Shown: positions 1-6,237 of the stretch, piece after piece | Layout of the letters: each line of letters opens with the position of its first letter | Position numbering within the stretch: the first letter of the stretch is position 1 | Origin: an uncultured archaeon | GTDB lineage: Archaea > Asgardarchaeota > Lokiarchaeia > Sigyniarchaeales > Promethearchaeaceae | Direction of reading: 5' to 3' | Length of the DNA stretch: 6,470 nt | Assembly: GCA_964426185.1 (NCBI GenBank) | Contig: CAYRPF010000029.1 | Location: forward strand, 1 to 6,470 | The notes under the pieces: generated by a model | Database searches by the model: none | What the model saw: the letters and a program-made list of their open reading frames with translations, nothing else | Told to the model about the DNA's origin: nothing | Translations under genes and position numbers: made by a program

Positions 1-41
1 GAGAACCGTGGGTAACAAAAAAAGTTCACCTATGGAAATTC

Positions 42-56
42 AAAAAGTAAAAAAAA
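42..56 (-). terminator. Archaeal-type oligo-T terminator of the crotonase gene
   Basis: A8 (49-56) and A5 (42-46) on + read as T8 and T5 on the minus strand, starting 23 nt after the stop codon at 80. Confidence 0.55.
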
Positions 57-79
57 TCTATTTTTAAGAGTTGCAAGCA

Positions 80-913
80 TTATACTTTTTCTTTTCCCTG
101 AGTATATTTCTCCCACATCTCATCCAGAAATTCTTCCAGCAGAGGGTGTTCTAGATTACCCAGCATACGTACATTAAAATCTGCAAATTCATTTTCCAAA
201 GCATACCATTTCTTAGCTTGATCATAACTAATCATATTTATGGCAGATTTAATCGAAAATAGCAAGTTTGGTGGTTTTTTAGCCAAATTTCGGGCGAATT
301 TTCGAACGGTTGAAGCAAGCTCTTCTGGAGGAACAATTTGAGTAATCGCTCCCCAACGATCGAATTCAGCTAATGGAATTTTTCGACCAGTTAACAGCAT
401 CTCTTGAGCATGAACAGGTCCTAAAGTGCGAATTGCCATGGCGGTTGGTCCCGTGGCGGGAAACATATTTATATCGATTTCTGGTAGCTGAAAAAATAAT
501 CCTTCGCGATCTGCAACAAATCGGAAATCACTAGAAAGCACAATTATTGCACCCAATCCAATGGCTGATGCTTGTACTTGTGCAATAACGGGTTTTTTAC
601 AGAAAAATATTGCTTTCGAGACCGCTCCGCCATATGTGAGGAGATCATCTAAAATTTCAAGGGTTACCCCATTCCGAAACATGTTTAGATCAAAACCCGC
701 TGAAAAAACCCTTTCACCTTCGGATTTTATGATAATAACGTGAATTTTGGGATTTTTATCGGCTTCTTGTATATGTTTCACTAGCAGTTTAGCAGTTTCG
801 ATACTTACAGCGTTCATTTTAGTATTTATCGAAATATAAGCAAGTTTCTTTCTTTCTTCATAAATAATGGGAGAATCCGTATTCTCTAGATCACTTGGTG
901 AATGTAGTGACAT
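80..913 (-). CDS. Enoyl-CoA hydratase/isomerase (crotonase superfamily) protein, 277 aa
   Basis: Crotonase motifs in the translation: N-terminal 'KMNAVS', oxyanion-hole 'FSAGFDL', 'KKPVIAQVQASAIGLG...SSDFRF', 'FQLPEI', 'AQEMLLTGRKI' and C-terminal 'ARNLAKKPP...IKSAIN'. The length is typical for the family. Confidence 0.95.
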   Translation of the reverse strand: MSLHSPSDLENTDSPIIYEERKKLAYISINTKMNAVSIETAKLLVKHIQEADKNPKIHVIIIKSEGERVFSAGFDLNMFRNGVTLEILDDLLTYGGAVSKAIFFCKKPVIAQVQASAIGLGAIIVLSSDFRFVADREGLFFQLPEIDINMFPATGPTAMAIRTLGPVHAQEMLLTGRKIPLAEFDRWGAITQIVPPEELASTVRKFARNLAKKPPNLLFSIKSAINMISYDQAKKWYALENEFADFNVRMLGNLEHPLLEEFLDEMWEKYTQGKEKV

Positions 914-1008
914 TTTGTCTTAACTTTGATTTCGCCCTTAAAAAAGATTTTTTTTCATTTTCCCATATTTGTGAAAAATTCTTATTAGTTAATCATCTAA
1001 ATCACTGT
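914..1008. promoter_or_regulatory. Divergent promoter region with TATA/BRE-like elements for two probably leaderless transcripts
   Basis: Minus strand: GAAAAAAAA-TCTTTTTTAAG (956-937), with the TATA-like part about 25-35 nt upstream of ATG 913. Plus strand: GAAAAA-TTCTTATTA (973-987), about 22-30 nt upstream of ATG 1009. There is no SD-like motif before either ATG. Confidence 0.5.
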
Positions 1009-1530
1009 ATGGGAAGATCCGAATTAGAAGAAAAGATCAGAGATTGGGCGATTGATGAAGGAATTTTAGGTAAACCATTACCTTCGAATCCAAAAGTAAA
1101 TTTTGGTTATGAGTTGAATTTCCCTCCCAATTCTCCCAAACCTATGCGATTGATGGTAATCCAACCTAAAGGAACTAAAGCTATTTCCATTCAAATTGCT
1201 ACACAAATTGCGAAACAACACGTGGAGGAACTCCATAAATCAGATCCACAAGGTTTAATGAAATTTTTTGTGGTATTCAAACGATATATGCTAATGCAAA
1301 ATCTGCTATATAATGTCGATGCTAAGAATGCTCGGTATGTTATTCTAGAAAATATTTATCCCGATGGTTTGAATGAAAATATGTTTTATCAAGCCATTCG
1401 GAAGGTTTTCAACGCTAATGTTTTTATGAACATGCAATTAGTTGAATTTATTACCAGAAAGAGAGGTGGCGGAAATATTAGCCGTTCTGATACAGACCTT
1501 GATTTTAGTGCAGGAACGATGTTCACTTAA
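1009..1530 (+). CDS. DUF2299-like archaeal conserved protein, 173 aa (start revised from 895 to ATG 1009)
   Basis: The pattern 'LEEKIRDWAIDEG...NFGYELNFPPNSP..MVIQPKG...QHVEEL...IYPDGLNENMFYQAIRKVFNA' matches my recollection of archaeal DUF2299 proteins, which begin near the 'IRDW..EG' motif. The 895 start overlaps the divergent gene and runs through the promoter poly-A/T tracts. Confidence 0.8.
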   Translation: MGRSELEEKIRDWAIDEGILGKPLPSNPKVNFGYELNFPPNSPKPMRLMVIQPKGTKAISIQIATQIAKQHVEELHKSDPQGLMKFFVVFKRYMLMQNLLYNVDAKNARYVILENIYPDGLNENMFYQAIRKVFNANVFMNMQLVEFITRKRGGGNISRSDTDLDFSAGTMFT

Positions 1531-1547
1531 AGAAAGATTGAAGTTAT

Positions 1548-1554
1548 AGGTGGA
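1548..1554 (+). promoter_or_regulatory. Shine-Dalgarno-like motif (AGGTGGA) for the HIT gene
   Basis: AGGTGGA ends 5 nt before ATG 1560, inside a 29-nt intergenic gap, as expected for an internal operon gene. Confidence 0.6.
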
Positions 1555-1559
1555 TAAAA

Positions 1560-2105
1560 ATGAATCCAAATCAGCGCAACTCACCTAATTTAGATAACGA
1601 AGGATTATTCACACATCATCTGCTAGCGGTGGGGAAATTGAAATATGCAAAAGGTCAGCGCCCCAAAATTTCTTGTATTTTTTGTGGTGTCAGAGATAAC
1701 AATCCAGCAATTACCAGCTTGAAAGTTTTTCAAGATGAGTATTTAATGGTATGTTTAAATTTATATCCATATAATCCAGGGCATCTCATGGTGATTCCAA
1801 CAAAACATGTAGAAAAATTTGAAGATTTAACAGAAAATGAAAGAAACTACCTATTTTGGATGGTAATTCAAATGCAGAAAATGCTACAAGACATATTCTC
1901 TCCAACTGGATTCAATGTTGGCTATAATCAAGGTAATTATGCAGGTGCTAGTATTCAACACGTTCATGTTCATATAGTACCCCGCTATCGAGAAGAGTTA
2001 GGATTTATTGATATTATCGGCACTACGAAAGTAATTGTAGAACCACTTTCCGAAGTATTACAGAAGATTCAAAAATATATCGGAAATTATATCAATACAA
2101 AATGA
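1560..2105 (+). CDS. HIT-family nucleotide hydrolase/transferase, Rv2613c-like Ap4A phosphorylase subtype, 181 aa
   Basis: Histidine triad HVHVHIV(PR), N-terminal CIFC zinc knuckle, 'NLYPYNPGHLMVIP', 'GFNVGYNQG..AGASI' and 'FIDIIGTTKVI' are all characteristic of the FHIT-like/Rv2613c branch. Confidence 0.93.
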   Translation: MNPNQRNSPNLDNEGLFTHHLLAVGKLKYAKGQRPKISCIFCGVRDNNPAITSLKVFQDEYLMVCLNLYPYNPGHLMVIPTKHVEKFEDLTENERNYLFWMVIQMQKMLQDIFSPTGFNVGYNQGNYAGASIQHVHVHIVPRYREELGFIDIIGTTKVIVEPLSEVLQKIQKYIGNYINTK

Positions 2106-2127
2106 TATCTTTGGGAATATAGAAAAA

Positions 2128-5100
2128 ATGAGTAAAATTTTAGACCAAATTCAAAATGATTTAGAATCACGCAAATTTATTCATTTACGAAGTTGGATTT
2201 GTAAATTCTGCCAAACATCATCTTCAATTTCATCATTGCCTTTTTATCCCTTTTTAGAGGCAATCAAGGAGGGGAATATTAAAAAAACACTGGAAGAAAT
2301 CAAAAAACTCTATTATATCAATCTTGATAACCCACAATACGCCACGATGATGCAAATTATTAAGCAAAATTCCAAAGATATTGCTCGGCAATGGCAGATA
2401 GCAAAAAAATTTAATCCCAAAGATATTTTTGTAAATATTGTTTTATCGGAGAAAATTATTGCATTTCAAGATACAACCGTAACAAATAAAAAGGGGTTGT
2501 CAAGTGAAAAAGCCCTGAAAAATTTTTCGAAATTAAATTTTGAAGAAATAGAGCGTTTGGGAAGTAATCCAGATGTACTAATTCATCAAGGAAAAATCTA
2601 TAGGACAAAAGCACTCTCGTCTATAAATAAAATAACGGGTGTGTTAAGAAATTCTAAAATATTTGAACAAATGGAAAAATTTGAAAAATATGAGAAAATC
2701 GCACGATTTATTGAAAGTTTAGACTACCATCTTCAATCTCTGTTTTCTTTTCATCAAATAGGAATCATTATTTATCGTTCCCGAATATATCTAATTAAAT
2801 GGGTCCAATTCATCGATAAAGATCAAATTTTGGGAGAATCACACGGTTCAAAAGGAAAAGTTAAGATTTTAGAAGATTTAGGAGTTAAAATTGGAGTTGA
2901 ACTTCAAGAAAATGGAGAATTAGGAGATCTAGTGATTTTTAAAAATACGGAAAATGATCCAAATACCAGTTCTGAGGAAGCAAAATTAGAGCCATTGTTA
3001 TCTCTTCAACCCTCAATTTTTAAAAGTACAGAACAAAATCCATCGAATCAAAAATTGGATTTATCGAACCCAGATGACTGTAAAATATTTGTAAATCAAG
3101 TATTGGGGCGAATTGAATCAGGTATCTTATTATTAAATCAAAAAAATCATTTAGATCTAAAAAATGGGCGAGATTTAGACATATATGTTCAAATTTCATT
3201 GGAAAAACTTGCAACAGTATCATCGATCAACCAACGATTAAATATATTGCGTGATTTAAAAAAGATCAATCAAAATCCTGATATAGAGCCGATTATTACT
3301 CAAGAATTAGAAAAAAACTATTTAACTTTCATTAAAAATCAGTTTCAAAGTTCTCTCTCCAGAAATATACCACAGATTTTGAAAGAAATCAAGAGAATTA
3401 ATCTCTTTGAACAAAACGTGGATTTATTGATCAATTCACTGGTATATTTAATTGATACATTTCCAATTAACAGTCAAATCATTATGAACATTGTAGAAAT
3501 ATTAGATCAGAATTGGAAATTATCAGAAACACACTTCCAGATTTTAGAACGCCCTCAAATTGTCGCAATAACAAATATTGTAGCAAGTTATCTAAATCAA
3601 GAAAAATTTAAAGAGATTTTAACCTTTCTTTTAAATTTCTTAGAAAAACATCCTAGATTCAAATCTCAAAATTTAATTTTCTTATTGCTTCAAATTCTCC
3701 AAGATTTGTTTAATCCTCGTCATATTTCCGATACTAGCAAAATTTCAAATGTTCTCTACCTAAAATTCTTTGAAAAGGTGATCAATCTCATCAACAATTT
3801 TATTACGAAAGAGAAAAAGGTTGATCAAAAAACAACTCAAACTATAAAGTCGAATTTGATAATTTTATCCGATAATTTAGATTTTATTGCTTTTTTAAAT
3901 GAAAAAATTGGGGATTATCTTAATCTATTAGATAAATTTAATCCAAAATTAGTCAATCCCCGTCTCAAATTTCAAATCATTCGAATACTAAGTGAAAACA
4001 TTCCATTGATCTGCTTTCATAAAAATAAACCTGCATTAGCCACCAATTTCTTCATTTACTTGACTTCAATTCCACAAAACAATGAAATTACGTTAGATTT
4101 TCTAACTCAATTCATTATTACATTTGCAAAAAGTACAAAACACCTAAAAAATAAACAAGAACTTACAGAAAACGTAATGACTCTTTTAATTGAAGCTAGA
4201 AAATGGGAAGGTTTTGAAGACTTACATCCTATTTTAATTAAACCACTGCTAAAAGCTCTTTCTCTCTTATTTCAAGAATGGTATGAAAATCGAAACATTC
4301 CAGTAATGAAAATCATGCTTCATCGTAAATTTGTTAAAACTTGGGTGGATTTGCTGCATCTGGAAAATCGTCAAGATAAATTTTTTGATGTTTTATATAT
4401 TAAAAACCTTATTTGGGCGTGTGAAGAAGGATATATAAAGCAAGTTCAAAAAAAATGCTACACCATACCAGCAAATGTGTATCTTCGAAGTTCTGAAGAA
4501 TTTTATCTGGAATTATCTGAATTTTTTGACCGCCCGTGCCAAAATTATAACGAATTTCGTATTCATAATTATCTTTTTCATTTAATACAGAATAATTTTG
4601 GGAAACTTCAATTAACTGGTCAGAAATTCAAAATTATTTTGAAAAAATATAGAAATAAAACTCAGAAACTTCTACAACATGCAATAGCTAACGGATATGA
4701 ACCAACTTATGGGAAAATTTTGAATGATATTCTTGAAAACCTTATATATTTTTCAGTATCCTTTTTTGATAATATATATCCCCATTTTACAATAGTTTAC
4801 GAAATGAATCTCAATGAAGGGGCTCGTTTCCAATCTCGAATCAGGATGATTCAGATGACTACGACCACATTACAAAAATTATTGAATAAATATGAAGTAA
4901 TTAAGGGGAAAAAATTGCCACTTCTTAAGTACAGCCCCTCTATACTTAATAAAGAATACATTCAGAAATTTATTCAAAAACTCAATTCAGGCACGTTAGA
5001 TATCTTCCATCGGATTTATTCTTGGTTAATCGAAATTTGCAGTATTGAATATATACAAAGTTTTGAAAAAATTGAACCCATTAAAAACATCTTTCAATCT

Positions 5101-5688
5101 GTTTTAATGCAGTTTTCCCAAAATCCTGAAGCAATTGTAAGTGATTTTCAACATTTAATTAATGAAATCTACACAAATCAAAAGATGTTGATTGATAATA
5201 AGAAAAAATTCTTTAAGATAATGCTGGAAATTACGCAAAAATCGGTTTATCCGCAATTGTATAAAGAACTTAAGAATAAATATCATTTTATACAAGAACT
5301 CTCAGAAATTGAAAGTAAATATTATACTATTGAGCAACATAATGATGTAAAAATTGAACAAGTCAGAAAACGATTAAAAACTATAATTGAAAAAAACATC
5401 CCCCTTTTTACTCCTTGGTTTATCTATGCTAATACATTTGCACTTCAAGAAAAACATGAAGAAGCAATAAACGCGTTCAAGGAGGCTTTAAAATATGAAT
5501 CAAATTTATCCAATTTTGCACGTTTATATCATAATTTGATAGTTTCATATTTAAGCCTAAATAGGACAAATGAAGCGGTAAAAATCATTGAAAACATGGA
5601 AATAGGAATAAAAACAGATCCTCTTATGGTTCCTCTAATCAGAGAAATAGAGAAATTAACCGGTCAACATCTATTAGGTCAAATTTGA
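2128..5688 (+). CDS. Large (1186 aa) hypothetical, mostly alpha-helical protein with two C-terminal TPR motifs
   Basis: Uninterrupted 3.56-kb ORF starting 22 nt after the HIT stop. The segments 'PWFIYANTFALQEKHEEAINAFKEALKYE' and 'ARLYHNLIVSYLSLNRTNEAVKIIENM' (about 5410-5620) fit the TPR consensus. The body is L/I/K/N/E-rich and amphipathic, with no catalytic motif I recognise. Confidence 0.85.
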   Translation: MSKILDQIQNDLESRKFIHLRSWICKFCQTSSSISSLPFYPFLEAIKEGNIKKTLEEIKKLYYINLDNPQYATMMQIIKQNSKDIARQWQIAKKFNPKDIFVNIVLSEKIIAFQDTTVTNKKGLSSEKALKNFSKLNFEEIERLGSNPDVLIHQGKIYRTKALSSINKITGVLRNSKIFEQMEKFEKYEKIARFIESLDYHLQSLFSFHQIGIIIYRSRIYLIKWVQFIDKDQILGESHGSKGKVKILEDLGVKIGVELQENGELGDLVIFKNTENDPNTSSEEAKLEPLLSLQPSIFKSTEQNPSNQKLDLSNPDDCKIFVNQVLGRIESGILLLNQKNHLDLKNGRDLDIYVQISLEKLATVSSINQRLNILRDLKKINQNPDIEPIITQELEKNYLTFIKNQFQSSLSRNIPQILKEIKRINLFEQNVDLLINSLVYLIDTFPINSQIIMNIVEILDQNWKLSETHFQILERPQIVAITNIVASYLNQEKFKEILTFLLNFLEKHPRFKSQNLIFLLLQILQDLFNPRHISDTSKISNVLYLKFFEKVINLINNFITKEKKVDQKTTQTIKSNLIILSDNLDFIAFLNEKIGDYLNLLDKFNPKLVNPRLKFQIIRILSENIPLICFHKNKPALATNFFIYLTSIPQNNEITLDFLTQFIITFAKSTKHLKNKQELTENVMTLLIEARKWEGFEDLHPILIKPLLKALSLLFQEWYENRNIPVMKIMLHRKFVKTWVDLLHLENRQDKFFDVLYIKNLIWACEEGYIKQVQKKCYTIPANVYLRSSEEFYLELSEFFDRPCQNYNEFRIHNYLFHLIQNNFGKLQLTGQKFKIILKKYRNKTQKLLQHAIANGYEPTYGKILNDILENLIYFSVSFFDNIYPHFTIVYEMNLNEGARFQSRIRMIQMTTTTLQKLLNKYEVIKGKKLPLLKYSPSILNKEYIQKFIQKLNSGTLDIFHRIYSWLIEICSIEYIQSFEKIEPIKNIFQSVLMQFSQNPEAIVSDFQHLINEIYTNQKMLIDNKKKFFKIMLEITQKSVYPQLYKELKNKYHFIQELSEIESKYYTIEQHNDVKIEQVRKRLKTIIEKNIPLFTPWFIYANTFALQEKHEEAINAFKEALKYESNLSNFARLYHNLIVSYLSLNRTNEAVKIIENMEIGIKTDPLMVPLIREIEKLTGQHLLGQI

Positions 5689-5691
5689 CCT
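5676..5691. repeat. Perfect 16-bp palindrome AGGTCAAATTTGACCT spanning the TPR-gene stop codon
   Basis: The sequence equals its own reverse complement and contains the TGA stop at 5686-5688. Confidence 0.9.
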
Positions 5692-5730
5692 TCAAAGTGA
5701 AATTTAAAATAAGATAGCAAAAAAAAACAT

Positions 5731-5880
5731 ACCTAAAATTGCACTACCACATCCAAACAACTGGTTTGGTTAAGTATATTCACCCGATTACCATGTAATC
5801 ACACCACTGTTCTGGATATTAATCCTTTAGTTCGTTGTATTATTGTAGTTAGTGAACCACCTTAAAGAAATGTTTTAGGA
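5731..5880. ncRNA. Putative structured non-coding RNA (strand unresolved), about 150 nt
   Basis: Nested stems: CCTAAAA 5732-5738/TTTTAGG 5873-5879 and CACTA 5742-5746/TAGTG 5850-5854. These enclose hairpins CCAAAC 5753-5758/GTTTGG 5764-5769, GATTAC 5786-5791/GTAATC 5795-5800 and GGAT 5814-5817/ATCC 5822-5825. The element is bounded by A9 (5719-5727) and A12 (5886-5897) and has no convincing ORF. Confidence 0.45.
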
Positions 5881-5885
5881 GTAGT

Positions 5886-5897
5886 AAAAAAAAAAAA
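5886..5897 (-). terminator. T12 oligo-T terminator of the 54-aa membrane peptide gene
   Basis: A12 on + is T12 on the minus strand, 11 nt after the TGA at 5909-5911. Confidence 0.7.
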
Positions 5898-5908
5898 TTG
5901 AAACACAT

Positions 5909-6073
5909 TCACGTAGATGCGATTATTTTTGTGAAAGGAGTTCCTGTAATTAATTCCCAAAGGTCAAACCATGGTAGAAAATCATACAAGAACGTATCAG
6001 CGGCTAGTACCAAGATGATTAAAAGTAAAATCACCCAAAAAATACAACAACATGTTTTTTTCTTCTCACCCAT
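5909..6073 (-). CDS. Small single-pass membrane protein, 54 aa: MGEKKKTCCCIFWVILLLIILVLAADTFLYDFLPWFDLWELITGTPFTKIIAST (absent from the ORF track)
   Basis: Translated by hand from ATG 6073 to TGA 5909. It has a GGTGA SD 5 nt upstream (6083-6079), a TATA-like TTTTAAATA at 6126-6118 and a T12 tract after the stop. The protein has a basic N-terminus followed by a strongly hydrophobic segment of about 18 residues. Confidence 0.85.
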   Translation of the reverse strand: MGEKKKTCCCIFWVILLLIILVLAADTFLYDFLPWFDLWELITGTPFTKIIAST

Positions 6074-6237
6074 ATTGATCACCAAATAATTGGTTACATT
6101 ACATTTAGCTATTTACCTATTTAAAATATGAAGAAATCGTATTTGTTATTCAGACAAATAATAAAGAAAAGATCAGCGTATATGTTAAGTGTTCAACATA
6201 AGAGCTTAAAAAATTCCATGGGAATTATTAATTAACA
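6074..6237. promoter_or_regulatory. Divergent promoter region with two TATA-like boxes and three inverted repeats
   Basis: TATA-like TTTTAAATA (-, 6126-6118) and CTTAAAAA (+, 6205-6212). Inverted repeats: TATTTGT-N7-ACAAATA (6140-6160), TATGTT-N8-AACATA (6181-6200) and AATTCC-N3-GGAATT (6212-6226). Confidence 0.55.

Noticed and set aside
561-743. 60-aa + strand ORF
   Set aside because: It lies entirely antisense within the crotonase CDS and has no independent signals.
895-1008. 38-aa N-terminal extension of the DUF2299-like ORF
   Set aside because: It overlaps the divergent gene's start and crosses the promoter homopolymers. Family-like sequence begins at ATG 1009.
3020-3223. 67-aa minus-strand ORF
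   Set aside because: It is antisense within the 1186-aa CDS, with no SD or recognisable motif.
5744-5794. Minus-strand mini-ORF ATG GTA ATC GGG TGA with possible Sec read-through; also Sec read-through of the peptide's TGA at 5909
   Set aside because: There is no SECIS-like core or redox motif context, and the peptide's TGA is followed directly by a T12 terminator.
5732-5800. Spliceosomal snRNA-like words on the minus strand: AUACUUAACC (U1 5'-end-like, 5777-5768), GAUUACAUGG (U6-like, 5800-5791), AAUUUUAGG (Sm-site-like, 5740-5732)
   Set aside because: Each match is short and imperfect. They come from different snRNAs and sit in the wrong positional context, and the U6 ACAGAGA and AGC triad are absent. 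This is consistent with chance.
5731-5880. tRNA, 5S rRNA, C/D box sRNA, hammerhead or SECIS identity for the structured element
   Set aside because: There is no TTCRA T-loop or 7-nt anticodon loop. CACCCGAT is not followed by the 5S CCGAAC motif. RTGATGA/CTGA boxes, a CTGATGA..GAAA core and a correctly placed G-A quartet are all missing.
5898-6089. ORF-track 63-aa + strand ORF
   Set aside because: It is the antisense shadow of the better supported 54-aa minus-strand gene. It has a TTG start directly after a poly-A run and no SD.
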